Shown here piece by piece: positions 1 through 13,529 of a stretch of 64,000 bases of DNA (within the stretch, counting starts at the first letter, position 1; every line of letters begins with the position of its first letter). The DNA comes from Raillietiella orientalis (taxonomy: Eukaryota): assembly GCA_036172245.1 (NCBI GenBank), contig JAYWIR010000010.1, positions 3,906,001 to 3,970,000 of the forward strand, written 5' to 3'. The position numbers were made by a program, and so were the translations under genes. The notes beneath the pieces are model-generated. The model worked only from the letters and a program-made list of their open reading frames with translations, was not told the origin of the DNA and made no database searches.

Positions 1-109
1 ATCGCCCTTTCGTCCAAACTGACTGCGAAAAGGACCACTGTGTCCCTCGCCTTTGCCGCACGTGTACGGAGATGCCACTCATTATGCGCCTGGTTAATCA
101 CGGAAACAT

Positions 110-1150
110 CCAGCTGCACCTTTCGCTCAGACTCATTGCGAGCTTTCCGGTGCCCATTTGCGCATGTCGAAACATTGGGAAGTGGTGGTTGATTAAGAGA
201 TCTCATGAGCAGCTGCTCCATGTACCTGGAGGATGGATGTACGTACCCCTGGACAAAAAGCAGGGGTTGAGAAGAAATCTCCTCGTGGATCTGCTCTTGG
301 CGCTCCTGGTAGACTGACTCCCGTTCGCTCCAGAGCCGTTGCTGAGCTCTCTGTGGTGCCGACGGCGGCACGCAGCCACAGCCATATCAGTCTCTGAAGG
401 AAGAATGCCTTCCGAAAGCAAGGATAACCAAAATGGCCGATGGAACCGGTTCGTGCAGCGGCGCAGCTACACTTCTGTGGGAGTTCCACCTTTCGTTCGT
501 TCGCGTGCGCTCCGTGTGCCCGCGTGCTTCCTCCTCTGCTGGAGCTTTGACGCCAATGCACTCCCCATCTGTTCCTCCTTGTGTTTCTTACTCGTTATGA
601 GATAGCGTGAAACACAGACCGACAAACCCCGACGCTCTTCGAGCTTTGAGGAACAGTGGGAGAATCATAAAACCATGGCTGGCGTTTCCTCTTTGGCGTG
701 AAAGGAACGGAAGTTTCCTCGTTCTGTAGTAAAAAGCACCATGATCTACGTCCCCAAATAACCTGATGAAGCGATTCAAGCATGAATCGGGGACCAAGTC
801 AGCATTTACAAAGATTCTTGGAAACGGAGACAATTGGATACCAGCAGTAGAGACGAGTAAAAGAGAGAAAGGGAAATGGTGCACATGAAGGCCACCTTTC
901 GTCCTTGCCGTGAGCTATATTTTATGCGTGGGGTCATCCTATTTCGAAGGACAAAATGTTCTTTCTGCTGGCTTTCTCGGAAGTTCATAGGATGCTCTTG
1001 AGAAATGGACCCAACCATGAGAAGCAGCAGCAGTCACTGCCAGCTCACTGCTGCTTTTCCATAGCGTCTCCTGACAGACGAAATCTGGCGACACGTGACA
1101 AGTTTCTTTTAGGGACCTTACCCAGGTGGCCAACCGTGTTCCCTTTTTTC
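110..1150 (-). pseudogene. Ionotropic receptor (IR) pseudogene, S1-M4 core
   Basis: Ordered motifs across frames: S1-like ATWVRSLKETCHVSPDF..WVHFSRASY (ORF 939..1403); M1-like VAFMCTISLSLFYSSLLL (806..1018); M2/M3-like RLFGDVDHG..KLPFLSRQRG..FMILPLFLKARRASGFVGLCFTL (588..884); S2-like GYPCFRKAFFLQRL..LERTGV (193..561); M4-like DLLINHHFPMF..GTGKLAMSLSE (~122-202). Multiple frameshifts. Confidence 0.55.
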
Positions 1151-2420
1151 TCTCGAGATTAAGCAGCGGGAAGGGCCACTGCTCTGACCCCTGGCTCTTG
1201 GGCAGGAAGAGGGGCAGAGCAGAATGGAGGATGGAAGTAACAGTGCGTCGTGCATGCGCGGGAGGCATCCCTTCAGTTTGGTTCTGTGGCTGCAGGAGAG
1301 GGCACAATCGGACCGGTGGAGACTCATGCCCTACTACACGAGGACCAGTTGCAGAGCTAAGACCAGAAGGTGCGGGAGGTGACAAGATCCATGCTGAGGC
1401 CATACGAGCGCTTCTCGTGGAAGATGGGATGGCACGCGTCCGTCTCGCTCAGGACAGGAATGCCCAGCTCGATCTTCCGGCTGGCCACCAGGAGCGAATC
1501 AACGCCGGACTCGTCCCATTAAGGCCTCTCACTTCCTCCTACACTTCCGGGCATTTCTTGACACTCTAACACTTACGACGTTGTTTTCCTTGTTCTCTTC
1601 CCGCTGCTTCCTTTCTCGGTACCACTTGACCCAGTGCGAAGTGTAGGCAGCGGAGAGGCCGCCTGGCATCCTCCCCACCTTACGAAGCATCCATCCGAGG
1701 GGGACTTCCGGTTTCATCGAGCATCCCTGGTACAGCAAACGGAGACAGAGACCTTCGTTTGTCTAACGAGGAAAGCCGCACTCTATGCGCGCCCTCAGCA
1801 GTGCGTTCTAGGATTCTTGGCCGAAAGCATCAGCATTTTTCCCCAGACTCCAAGACCCCCCTGGCATCTGGCAACAGGTCTGAGTGGTCCGTGAGGATGG
1901 CTCCTCAACGAAGATGAGGTAGGCAGCATTTAGCAGCATCTTTTCTTAGCCTCCACTCCTTTGTCAAGCATTCCGCCACTGCTACCATGCGATTACTGTA
2001 CTGTTGCATCGGTATATGGGGATGTTAAGATCATCTCCGTTCCTTGAGACCCCTCCTTCGGCTTGAACAGCGTTGTCAAAACTTTCTAAAGGGCGCTCCG
2101 AGGAACACTCGAATTTTCCCGTGGCTTCGGCTAGCAGCCCATCAAGAGTTGCGGACAAAGACTGACGAAGGGAGACCTTCGTTTTCAGGCGCTGGTGTCC
2201 AGTTATCCAGATGACGGTGTGTCGCGAGGGGAGAAATCGCTGGCCGAATGTTTTGGTGGGGAGGAGTTGGACGCTCCCTCTGAGGCGGAACTCGAGCTCT
2301 GCCTTCCGTCTTCCTTTTTGTCTTTTTTTTGCAATCGACCTGCCTCCAAGGCCTTCAGAGATCACACCTCCCATCAACAAGGAGCTGCAAATCAGCTTGT
2401 GCATTCTCTTCCTCAACAGA
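1150..2420 (-). pseudogene. IR pseudogene
   Basis: S1-like ISEGLGGRSIAKK..KTFGQRFLPSRHTVIWITG (1982..2416); M3-like GLSAAYTSHW (1529..1738; cf. AAYTSNL); S2/M4-like AWILSPPAP..SILHSALPLFL..PFPLLNLE (start of 939..1403). Confidence 0.5.
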
Positions 2421-2759
2421 AGAACACCTAACGCTTCACAATGAAGCGTTAGGTGTTCAGACTCCGTTTCCAGGTGACAGAAGTTTGCTGCAGAAGCAGG
2501 GACTGGAAAAAAAGAAAAGAAAAAGAAAGGTGAGGTATGAGAGATAGACGAAAAAAAAAAGGAAAAGAAAAGAAAGAAATTACAAGAAATTCAAGGAAGG
2601 AAAGCATCTGGTACAAATCCTCCGAAGAAAAAAGGAAAAAAAGAAAAGCCATGATATCTGAATGCAGCAACAGATTTCCTACATCTGCATGTAGGGACTG
2701 GAGATAAAAAACTCCCGGGAGAACCCCCCACCTCCGCCTTCATCCTCGCCATTCTTCTT

Positions 2760-3510
2760 CCCGTTCCCGCTACTGTGAGTGAGCGCCGCGCCGCGCTTTC
2801 TCAGCTGGACCGGAATCGCGCCAGGTAGGGAGGAGGGGACGCGTTGTTCCTCCTTCCCGGGGCATGCAGACGCGTTCCGGCTGTTTGCTGGACGATTGCC
2901 CAAGAGAAGAAGGGAAGAGGGGTGACGGAATGCTTCACTTCCTTCCTGATCCTGGACGTCCAGTGGCGGCGCTGCGTTCGGGCGCAGGGGACCGGGGAAG
3001 CCCGTTGCGCAGCAACGCTCGGGTTGCTGCCTCCCCGCCTGTCCCAAGGATGGAAGGGTGAAGATGAAGAGAGAAAGGGCGGGAGTGAAGTGTGCTGAGG
3101 AGGGATCCGAGCTCTCCAGTGCGAAACCTCTGGAGCGTTCCCCGCGTGCTCCTCAGTGGCGCATGAGCGCCCCGAAGGCGCAACCTCTCGACCGTCTTTC
3201 GCTGCTGTCGTTGCGAAGGGCTCGCGGGTTGTGCGCACGCGGCGAGGCGGCGCGCTCATTCTCCTGTCTTGGAGATGAAGAGGGAAAGGCAGCCGGCGGC
3301 GCCACCGGGGCAAGGGACGGGGAGGTTCTCCGTAGAGCGCGCGCACTTCCGGGAGACTCGAGCGAGCCGCTGAGGGGGAGGGGGTCTGAGGCGCCTTTGC
3401 GCCGCCGTCGCCGTCGTGTCGTTTCTGAACGGCGGAACGCGCGCTCGGAAAGCGCCGCCGCCGAACGATCGGCAAAAACCGCCGGGCAGCAGCGTTCTTG
3501 TAGGTGCTTT
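2760..3510 (-). pseudogene. GC-rich IR pseudogene fragment
   Basis: S1-like GGAFRARVPPFRNDTTATAA..QRLARVSRK (3256..3582); pre-M1 EPPRPLPRWRRRLPFPLHL (cf. KPxPLPxWxALxxPF); M3-like PLRSTRGTL..ELGSLLSTLHSRPFSLHLHP (2935..3183). Confidence 0.5.
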
Positions 3511-3759
3511 TAGGCAGCAGCAAATGGTGTGAAAGCATTTGTGATTACAGAACGGCTTCAGATGACAGACAGAGAGCATCAAAAGTTACTTTTCGTGTTT
3601 TGTAAATTGCTTTAATGGTGTGCTTTTTTTTTTTTTTTTTTTTTAATCTTTTCGAAGAGCCTTCTTACGAAAAAGGACGGAACTGCATTCTGCCTGTCAT
3701 TAAACTACTGGAGGAATCAAGATTGGTTCCTCGACAACTAACTTTGGCGATAATGGAAC

Positions 3760-4600
3760 CCATTAGCCGTGTGTACAGAGTTGTAGAAATCCATTACCGT
3801 TGTTTCGCTCGCCGTTTTAGCATAGGCTGGCAGGAATATCCCTTCCTTTGTCACCGGGATGCCTCCATTAATGCATCTGCTCCTAATTATTTCCGGCATC
3901 TAAGAAAGAAATCGACTCTCCTTTTCTATTAACACTTTGAGCATCAATTTGCAGTCTTGAATGGGGCGGGCGATCTCCGGAGTGTATGCGCGTGTCGTCG
4001 GGAGGGGGCTTGTTCCTTCGCTCCGGCGTCCGGCAGGGAACCCGCCGGGCTGATCGCTCTCCCTCCCTTCCGCGGATGCGGCAGGGCGCGGAAGACGGTT
4101 TTTTCCCCATCCTGGACGACGCGTCGCTCTTTCGGCCTCGACCTCGGGGCTCGCCGCCTCGAGAGAAGGGGCTCCAAAGCAGCCCGAGCGACGTCGACCA
4201 TTTCGCCTCCCTCCCTCCCTTCCTCTCAATCTCTTCCTCCCCCTCTCTTTTTTTTTTTTTTCATTTAGCTTTTTCACGCGGGAAGGGAACCCACGCGCGG
4301 TGGCTGGGCCTGCGGCAAGATCTCACCCCTGACCTCGCTCTCACCAGCACCACCCCCGAGGGGGGCCGGAGAAATTCGCCCGCCCTTCACGGGCGCAGAA
4401 CTTTGCCGCGAACCCCGGGAAGCAACGTCCCGGAGCTTTTTTTGCGCCTTTCGGAAGAGGGGAGTGTCCAAGGATGACCTCGGGAGACCAAGCGACCGCC
4501 GCGGTGTGCTTCGGAGGGTCCCGGGACAAATGGGCAAACGTCGGCCGTTCTGGTAACCCTGGATACTCTTCCCGGACAAGAACCAGGACAGAAAGATCGC
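3760..4600 (+). pseudogene. IR pseudogene fragment
   Basis: VVEIHYRCFARRF (S1 start); NG..CRREGACSFAP..RARKTVFSPSW (cf. RxEADxAxAP..RxxxVDFSxPY); hydrophobic M1-like stretch; ALHGRRTLPRTPGS (M2-M3 linker-like). Confidence 0.45.
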
Positions 4601-4879
4601 AGAAATCTGTTCCCTGCCTTCAGGTGTGGGCGGCACTCGAGAATAAATAAAAATAAATAGATAAATGGAGGACAAATGTAGAGGAACAGTGAGGGCCTCC
4701 CATATCGTTGCCAAGGAGCCAGCTCACAGGGATCGCATCTTTCCTGCTTCCCCCGATCGTCGACCGGGAGATCGAAGGGTCACTGTTGCTGGAAGGTGCG
4801 CCAGGAAGCGGGCGCAAGATCCGTTTCAATGGCTTTGGGGGGAGGGGGGGGGGAACCCACTCCGGTCGCGGGAGGGTCC

Positions 4880-6550
4880 GCCTCCAGGAGAGGAGGTGAA
4901 AGAGAAAGACGGATAGGACCCCGCGTCGTCGTTCTTTCAGGAGGCCCTGCCGCGCGCGTGGGGGGTGACCCCGCAGCATCAGGGAAGCAGAGAAGAGCGA
5001 AGGTCTCCCCTCGACCGCTCGCCGAAGGGACCTGGGTGATCCCCGGGAGGCTGCGGGCTTCCGCGTTCCGAGAGTGCGGAGGGGAGGCTGGTGGAGCGAG
5101 GCGCCACCGCCGGAGCGGTCGGAGCGGCGTCCGCCAGAGTCGACCGAGGAGGATGCCGCGGCGGGACGCGGGCAATGCCGGCGCGGCGAAGTGGGCAAGG
5201 GGAGGAGGAGGAGCGAGCGAAGGGACCTGGAAGTGTTTTCGAAATCCGAATGAGGAAAAGGAAATACAAAAGGAGCTAGCTGGAAGGGGGATGGGGCGCT
5301 CCCTCCATTCCTTTCGTCCCCGTTTTCTTCTCGAGGACCACTCGAAAGTCCGCCCTCCTCCTCCCCCGCACACTCCCCTCCTTCGTCCGAGGGGAGGAAA
5401 ACAAAGGAGCTGCGTTTGTCCACCCCCAAAGGCGCGCGCGGCGCGACGGCAGAAAAGGGGGGGAGGGAGGGGAGGTCCCGATGTTTGGCATGCGCAGTAG
5501 CAACAGCAGAAGTCCCTCCTTCCAGCGATCGTTCGGGCCGCGCGCTCTTCGGGAGGGCACCACTAGCAGCGGGAGCGCCAAGCGGGCGTGACCACCCTCT
5601 CCGTGAACCTGTTGAAGAGGGAGGCCCTTCTCAGAACCCTCTCGAGGCCGTGGGGAAGGTGGCATTCTCCCTGCTCTCCTCCGCGACTGCTGTGCTCGCT
5701 TGTTTAGGTGTCAAAGCTCGTCGTCGTCCCTACGACTTGAATGTTCACCCTAGCAGCCGGCAGTGTCTCGCCCGCACGACGGGTGCGCGACTCCCGTGGT
5801 CCCCGTGGCAATTTCGCGGAGAAGATCATGTTGCAGCGCCTTGCCCGAGGGATGGGGAGGTCTTTGCTCCCTGCTCATCCCGGAGCTGCAAAAGAGCAGC
5901 TAGAGTGTTCCAAAAGCATCGCGGCGGCCGTCCAGCCCTGCAGGAAAGCCTCCTTCAGGAGAGTTCCCGCTTCTCCCGAGTTCGACGAGGGCAGCTGCCT
6001 CGCGGCGATCCTTGCAGCTGAGCCGCTGCACCCCTTCCGCCGCGCTCGCTCCAGCTGAGGAGACCCTTCAGCCCACTCGAGGAGAACAATTCCACTGGTC
6101 CAAAATCCCTGAGGAAGACGCTCCGCCTCCTCGAGAAGAGTCCCGTCGGCTGCCGATTCCACAAGGCATCCCGCGGCTGGCTCCCTTCCCACCGTTTCGG
6201 TGCCTCCTCGAGGAAGGCCTGCGCTGCGAGCCTCTCTTCTGAGCGAGCAGTTGAGCGCCCGCACAGCGATGGAGAAGAGAGGTGGGGGATCTGGAGTAGC
6301 GGAGCCGCTTGCTCGGGAGCACCGGAGGAGGAGAGGCGAGTGGGCGAGGTGGGTGATTTTTTCCGGGCTCGAGCTGCGCTGGCGGGAGATGATTCCCAAT
6401 GGCTGCGGGAGATGAACCACCCAGCCTGAGAAGGTCAAGCGACGGGAAAGGAACTCCTCCTCCTGCTACGATCTTGTGGATTCGGTGTTCCGGGTCCTCA
6501 GGGGCGTCCCCTTTTTCGCGACCCTCTGGGGACATTCAATTGATCCCTTT
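4880..6550 (-). mobile_element. Decayed L1/Tx1-like LINE ORF2 fragment (endonuclease end to RT start)
   Basis: GTLLKEAFLQGWTAA resembles PLVLCNQSFLRSWTAA of the LINE at 11.1 kb; downstream SKTLPGPF (cf. KSPGPDG) and RQGLLKER (cf. QxGFxxGR). Very degenerate. Confidence 0.4.
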
Positions 6551-7329
6551 CCTCCCTCTCGTCTCCTAGGAAACTCTCATCACGGGAAGCCTCATGACGA
6601 GGACAGCGCACAGCTCCCTTTCTCCCTTCCGCCCGTCCCCATTCCTAGGACCTTCCGAGGTCTTCCGAGAGTCGAGAGAGGGCACCCGAGGATAATGCTC
6701 CCGGATGGTGAAGCGAACCCCGAGGGAACAGGGCGGAATTTGCGAGCGCACGTGGCCTAGGAGAGTTTTCCCTTTCTACTCCTGCATCCGAGGATCCCCT
6801 GGGCACACGGGAGGCGGAGGGACAGCACTATCCACTGCGGAGCGGATTGCGTGGACGATTGTGCCCGTGGGAGCAGGGAGACCGATCCGCTGAGGAGCAT
6901 CTGCTTGCAGCGGGTGCCGTGAGCGAGAAGCTTCCTCGAAGGTGCCGTTGGCAACGATGGAAGCGACGAAGGAGGAGGGTGCATCAACAATGGCAGAGTG
7001 GAAAATATCGACAACAATCATGGAAACAATGGGAATAACAATGACTGCAGAAGTGATAGATCTATTCAGACGGGAAAGACATGCACGCATGCTCAAAGCG
7101 CATCCGTCTCGTCATCTTGGGAGCCCTCTTGGATGGTCACGATGGTCACGCACTGCCTCTCAGGCAAGGCACTCCCCCCCTTCGCACATTTTCGAAGCCA
7201 CCGCCGCGCGCGCGCGCACATGCTTTCCCGTTTCTAGAAATTTTATAAATTTCTCCTTCCTTGTCCTTTGCTCTTTGAGGCATGCCCGTCTTTGCTCACA
7301 GAGGGCGTGGAAGGATCGGGAGCGATGAG

Positions 7330-8330
7330 ACCGGCCGTCCTCGATGGCGGCTCTTGTCTGCGCACTCACCCAGCCCCTGCCGATCCGACTCCCTTTCCTG
7401 CCTCTTTCCGGATCGACTTCCCTCAGCCCCTGGAGCGTCGGGCTTCCGACAGCCAGGAAGCACCGGGGAGATCCTTCCGGGACCATCGCCTTCTCGACGA
7501 AAACTCTTCCTCTCTCTTTCCCATCCGGTGCCTCTCCTCGACCGCTCCCAGAACATCGCCTTCCAGGTCCTCCCGCTGTTGGGTTCGCGGAAACCCCAGG
7601 TCGAGCAGTAGTTCAAAGCGTTCCGAGACGCATCACCGGGTCATGCGGTCATCGGCAATCCGAGCTTTCTCTGCTCGGCTTCTTGTCGTCCGCGACGCCT
7701 TTTCGACCACAGGGGGAATTTCTGCTAGTGCGGTAGTGATGGGTCGTCTGTCATGTTAGAGGCGGATGACTTCGGGAGGCGCCGTTCCGCCGGCCGTAGG
7801 GTGGAGGACTGCGTCGCCATGACTATCAACGGGGAGAGCGATCACCTCCGTTGCGGCTCTCCTCATTGCCGCTTGGATGGCCACGAATCCAGGATGGGGT
7901 CCCGCTCCTTCGTCCGTGGTCCGCTCCATCACCTGTCTCCTCTGTGGATTCCGTCCTCCCTTGCACTGGGAAAGCTTGAGGGCACCATTCCATCTCTTCG
8001 AGATGGCACTTGGCTTCCGGTCTTCTTCCTCCTCCTGATGTCCCCCTCCAGCAAATTCCAGGGTCTGAAGGCGGCCTGGTCTTCGCATCCAGCTTTTCTC
8101 CAGGGTCCCGGGACAGAAGTGACCGCTTCCATCGCGTCCGGCGGGGCGTGGACCGTGCAATAGGGTGGAGTGCACAGCCGCAGGGTTGCCGATGCTGGCC
8201 ATGCTGTCCTGCAGCGACGACTCGCCTTGTAGCACTCGAATGGGCAGATCAAAGCGGGGCGCTTTGCTCAGCCCATTCAAGGAGGGGGAAACCCTCCGAC
8301 CGAGATGCAGACAGGGAAGGAGGGAGGGCA
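7330..8330 (-). mobile_element. Decayed L1/Tx1-like LINE RT fragment
   Basis: SLNGLSKAPRFDLP / CPFECYKA (cf. KAPGxDGLPxEFYK); RKAGCEDQAAFRPWNLLEGDIR (cf. KKGDxxDxxNWRPISLLNxDYK) in ORFs 7756..8361 and 7929..8252. Confidence 0.65.
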
Positions 8331-8550
8331 GCAGAGGACAGTGAGTGGGAGGAAGCGACACCGCTTCTCCCTTTCCTGGGCGCGACCGTTCAGGGCAGCG
8401 GGAAGGTGGGGGTCTGGGGTTAGGACGAGGGAGGATTCAAAGAAACAAATCCTCGAGTGTGAGGGTTCCCTCGATCAACCGGGGGAAAGCCTCCACTTCC
8501 CTTCCTCCCTTCCTTCTCCTCTCTTCCTTCTCTTCTTCTCTTCCTCCTCC

Positions 8551-8908
8551 CCCTTCCTCCTCTGACGGGTTTACCTTTAGACCGGGAAGGTGCCGTCATC
8601 GGTAGGGAGAGGTGTTTCCTCTCCGAGAGAGGGCCACGTTGGTGCCGCGCTGCCCTCCGGTCAGGCTTCCGCTCGGCATCTCCGGATGCCCTTCGCTTAC
8701 CCCACCTGCTTTTTCTGGGGCGGGAGCATGCGAAAGGAAGAGATGTTTTCCTGGACTCAGACGGGCTTCCCGATCTGTCCGTCCCTGCTTTTCGCAAGGC
8801 AAAATCCACTGAGGAAGGTGGTGAACCTTTTTCCTCCCCATCTCTTCCTCTCTCTCTTTCGTGGGACGAGAGACCCAGAGAAACCTCTCCGTCCGCGTTG
8901 CTCTCTCG
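8551..8908 (-). repeat. ~360 bp LINE-RT-derived segment, copy 1 (direct repeat of 28992-29351)
   Basis: Near-colinear nucleotide match to 28992-29351 (shared translations such as AYPTCFFWGGSM..ICPSLLFARQNPLRK). The minus frame has QGRTDREARLSPGKHLFL and PGLKVNPS, resembling RT RQGxPLSPxLF and SGLKxN. Confidence 0.85.
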
Positions 8909-9149
8909 ATTGTTGGATGGACGAGTGGGCCGAGCGAGCGCGCAGGCCCCTCCCTTCTTCCTCGCCCGCTCCCGCGACTTGATCCTCATCCAGTCGTGCC
9001 CCATCCGAGACGGGGGAGATGAAGCCAAATCCCACGTCTGGATCAAAGTGACCTCCCCCCTCTCACCTCTGCTCCTTTCCTCCTCTTTCTGCCCTTCGTC
9101 GATGGTGCAGGTGGGAGAGGCAGCCTTCTCCCTCAAAGGCACACAGAGG

Positions 9150-11680
9150 CGGGTGGCGGACCAACGAGGTTCCCCTCGCGGTCTCGCAATGGCGAGAGCG
9201 AGCGTCCTGGAGACCGAGCTCCGGATATGCCGTGCTGCGCAAGGCATCCCGTCCGCAGATGGTCCATCCGATGTCCCCGTTTCCTCCCGTTTCCTGCATA
9301 GCGGAACCGGGGAAGGGGATGACCTCGGTCCTCGCCCTCCGGAGGCAGCAGATCCAGAAGTCCTCCGCCCCAGTAGCAGCGACGAATCCCTGACATCCTG
9401 GGCTGCACCGCAGCATCTTCTCGGGCATTTCTGGACGGACATGAGAAACCTGTCTGAAGGAGGGGGGAGGGAATGTCCAACCCCGCCCTCTGGCGCCTTT
9501 ATCTCCGCGATTTGGGAAGCGATGATGGCCAGAGCTCTCTCCTCCATGGTTGAGGAAACGACCCCCGGAGACCTCGCTGCTCCCAGCCACGGGCCAAGTC
9601 GTTGGTCCTAAATGCCACAGAAGGAATGTGCGAGGAGCGTTGCAGGCTGGCGGCGGCGTTGCTCTGCCGGACCACTGGTGGACCCCGGAGAGGTAGTAGA
9701 GCAGGTCCAAATGGCGAAGCACAGTCCTCGTTTCGTCGTGCATCTCTTTCCAAGGACCAATCGAGTTCGAGCTGTCCCCTAGCAGGTTCTCCTGCCGACT
9801 TGAGTGTCGGGACGCTCCAGCTCTGGGAGCGAAGGATGGTCAGAAAGAAGATGTGTTTCGAGGGTTTCCCTTCCTCTTTGGCGCTGCTACTGACCGTCTC
9901 TTCTCCGCTGCTCCCGGAGCGCCTGAGATCAAACATCCGGTACCGGATGAAGATCTGGAGACCACGGCCGCTCGATGCGGAGAGGAAATGCTTCCCGCCC
10001 CGGAAGCTTTTCCTGCCAACGAGATGGGGAGGGACGTCGTGACCTTCGGTTCCTCTCCCCTTCTTTGAGGCTCTCTCGAGGAATATTCCGCGCTTCCCGC
10101 TTCCTTCCTTCCCTTGCCACTCTTGCAGTGAGGACCTCTTGGACTCCTGACTCGAGAAGAGAGGAATGAAAAGAGGATACCGGAGGCGCTTGAATCTGTT
10201 CCCTGTTTTCCGAGGTTCCCTGGAGGAAGTGGAGGGAGATCCCCCCCTCTCCTCAAAAGACCAACTCCTGTAGTCTTCTTTGGTGGAAGAGCCACCTTTC
10301 GGCATCTCCGAGAAAAGTATTCGAGGGGACAGTCTGTAGCACCCGGAGAAAATGGCGGCGCCCTCTGCAGCTGCCGCGAGCGTCGCCAGCCTTCCGTCCG
10401 CGATGAGCGGCAAGTTTCCTCTGCTCTGTCGTGCAAGACGGAGAAGGATAGGGGGTTAGCAGGAGGGAAGAAGGAAATCTGGCACATCGACATCCGGATG
10501 CCGCGCCATCAGGGAGTGACTTTCTCCTGAAGGGGCCAGGTCTTCCTCAACCACCGCGCCTCCTCCTGGGACCTTCTTTGCCAAGAGCTTTTAATAGCTC
10601 CCCTCCGAGGGTTCACCCGGCTCCGACGAGCAGATCCCGCCGAACCGGGATGCTGCTAGGTGGCATCTTTCCACGCTGCTCTCCCGACGAAAGGGTCGTC
10701 TCCGTGGTTTTCCTTTTGAGAGATGACGGATGGCTCGCCTTCTCTACCGCGGTTTCGTTCCTGTCGGATGAGTCAAGGCGAGGGCGGCTTTAAGAGTGGA
10801 GCTCGCCCGACGACCACTGGAGCGGGGATTCAAGAGATTCTCATGCCTCCCTGCTCGTGATTGCTTCTCGGGGCTGCTGGACAAATCTCTTCGCCTGGCC
10901 AAAGATCCCGCAGCAGGAAGCAGGTATCAGCTAGGCCGCATGACGAAGGATAGGGAATTCTTCTGAAGAAGAGCAGCTGCTGCAGCAGCACTCGCACCGC
11001 CTGAAGAGTTGGGCTTTTATTTTTCCAGGAGGCCCGTCGGGAAAGAATTCCAGTCAATGAGGAGGAGGAGGGGAGGAGGAATCGTCTCCTGAAGGAGATG
11101 AGACCCTGGATGCCACTGCACTGTACAAACTGAAGGGTGAGGAGCGTTCCTAGAGCTGCTGTCCAGGAACGCAGGAAACTTTGATTGCAGAGAACCAGAG
11201 GACCGTTCCGTGGACTTTCCTCAGCCGGCAGCCGCACGGGATGAGCGAGTGTCCTAGATGATTCGGAGAAGAGGAAGCTTGGGAAGGTGCGAAGCTGGTC
11301 GTACAAAAATGCATCCGGTCGCTTGGATCCATCAAGGAAACAGGCTGATGACCTTAATCGGCCATTTTCATTCCATACCAGCTTCCTCTAATCCCCTAGG
11401 ACAGACTCTTCCCGCTCGAAGAAGAGCTCCATTGGGACCAAAAGCGAGAAGGTACGCAGCGACTCCCCCTTTTTTTTTTCGCCGGTCAAAGGAGCGATTT
11501 ATTCTGAGGAAGGTCAACTTCATGGAGGAAGCCATACCGCCGGGAAACAGTTGGTCCAGTCGCACTCTTTGCTAGAGTCGTGGTACTGCTCGAAGAGGCA
11601 GAGGATCTGCATCTCGGTCTACAACAAACCTTTTCGTCCGTTCCCCGGGCGCAGTCCCTGTGCGATCCATCGGCGTCTCC
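9150..11680 (-). mobile_element. Decayed L1/Tx1-like LINE ORF2 (endonuclease + RT)
   Basis: EN-like RKKKGGVAAYLL (11368..11565) and RNGPLVLCNQSFL; RT-like GLQIFIRYRMF..KEEGKPSKHIFFLTI, VLRHLDLLYYLSGVHQW (cf. FxxxSGLxxN) and ERALAII. Motifs are in ORF2 order. Confidence 0.65.
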
Positions 11681-12059
11681 TCCCTCTATCCCTTGTTTCT
11701 CCACCGTCTTCTTACCATCTTCCCTTTCTCGCTTCTGCGGAAGCGTCCGTGAGTGAGCGCACGACAGCCCCGACAGGGTCGCCGCGGGCTGTGCTGCTAT
11801 GGAGCGACCTCCGAGAAGCCACATCTATGGAGCTGCCGACGGGAGAATTGGGTCAGTTCACTCGGGAACAGAGTGGCTCTGCTTGCTAATTCCCTTGGTG
11901 GTCCAGCGAAGAAGAGAGGAGGTAACGAGAACGGAGTTCTTCTATACTTCAGGGCCGCTTGTTTGCAGGGGATTAGCAGTGCCTTCAGACCAGGACCCTT
12001 TTCGTCCTCGCTCGTCGCCAGCCGGGAAAGCGCGCGGAGCCCCGCATGGCGTTGCCACG

Positions 12060-13330
12060 GAAAGCAAGCTCTTGTTTGCGATTTGTAGCTGTGATTGGCA
12101 GCTCTTGGTAGCACTGAATCGGGATGAAATGCTTGCAGGATTTCCCAGGCTAACCATCGAACGCCGCCGTTGACGTTGATGGTGCCTTTGTGAGTTTCAC
12201 CAGGCAGATCGACAAACCGGACGGTCGCTGATTCTGCTCATTGTTCTCGAACCTCAGAGATGGCGCTGATGCACTCCATGAAGTTCTCCATTAGTGGGCA
12301 GTGGCCACAGGAAACTGATTAGCTCGCAGTTCCGTTAGGGAAGTGTTCTCTTCCTCGTAGTCTACTTCTAGCACGCATCGAGCCTGAATTTCTTGGGATT
12401 TCAGAGTTCCAAAGTTTCTCACGACAGTCCCAGCAACACGAAGAAGCAGCCGGTGCAAATCTAGACTTTTGGTTTGGGAGGTTTCAAGTGGTTCTTCCTG
12501 ATGACTGACGAAACATCACCCGAAGAGCACCTGCAGAGACGGAAAACCACACAGCAGCAGCCTTGTAATGTCCTCCAGATTGCGCTACTGAAAGTGGGGA
12601 GGCATGACGCCCCCAGATCAACCGTCATGGTGGCTTGCACTGATCTTAATGGACCATGCTATGCCATGCCAACCTCTGCCTTCATCACAGGGAGAACAAA
12701 GTTGCCTTTGTGTGCAAGCACGGATCCCTGGGAATAGAAAATAACCACACAATCGCATCCAACATGGTTATGTACCATTAGCACTTCATCCGCAAGCTGC
12801 ACTCGTAGCTGTCTGCGTACGTACTCGCGCTTGATGTGTCATACACAAATCTCCCTCCCCACCCATCTTCCTGTCATGTATCAATCCTGACAAGAAAGCC
12901 TGCGAAGGTTTTTCTGATCTCAGGGATTAGTGATGGCTGTTGAGCGGGTGGAAATGTTCCAGCTCTCGAGGTTTTCGTTGCCATTTAGCGTGGTTTCCAT
13001 GGGGAGGGAAAACACACACACACACACACACAGCTTGTTGAGCAGAGAATGACGGAGGAAGCGAAATGAAAAGGAAAACGCTTTTAAATGTAGCGAGGAC
13101 TAATTGTCGAATTTGGACCAGTGATTTGGTCTGTGTGATCTCTCCTGAGACTTCCCGGAGCTGTGGATTCCGCCGACCAAACGATCCGAAAGAACACGAA
13201 CCATTCTTCGGAAGCTCTTCAGTAAATCCACTGAAGAGCTTTCGTGCCACTTCTCTTCCGCGCGAGTTATCCAAGATGAGCAGTGCAAAGGAAGATCCAT
13301 ATCTGCACGTGGTGAACTGTCCTTCAGAGT
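12060..13330 (-). pseudogene. IR pseudogene
   Basis: S1 EVARKLFSGFTEELPKNG..FLFISLPPSFSAQQAV (12927..13274); M2/M3 GSVLAHKGNFVLP..DLGASCLPTFSSAIWRTLQG (~12570-12730); M4 GVRWLAWEILQAF (~12130-12170; cf. PLSLEHLQGAF). Confidence 0.6.
13012..13032 (+). repeat. (CA)n microsatellite
   Basis: About ten perfect AC units visible in the sequence. Confidence 0.95.
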
Positions 13331-13529
13331 GAGCTTATTCCGAAAGCCTCAGATTCCCTTTTCCTTCCTCTCCGGAAACTGACTCAACCTACTGTCTCCT
13401 GGCTTAAGTGTTGGGGGGCATCTATCTGGAAGGCATGAAAAATTCCGGAGATATCCGAATGCAGAAAGGTTGCTCGTAGAAGCTATGCGGGATCTTCACA
13501 TGGTCCACATGTGGATGAAGTTCACGTAT

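Noticed and set aside
6950..7050. AAC/AAT-rich stretch encoding NNHGNNGNNND
   Set aside because: Short low-complexity sequence with no supporting gene structure.
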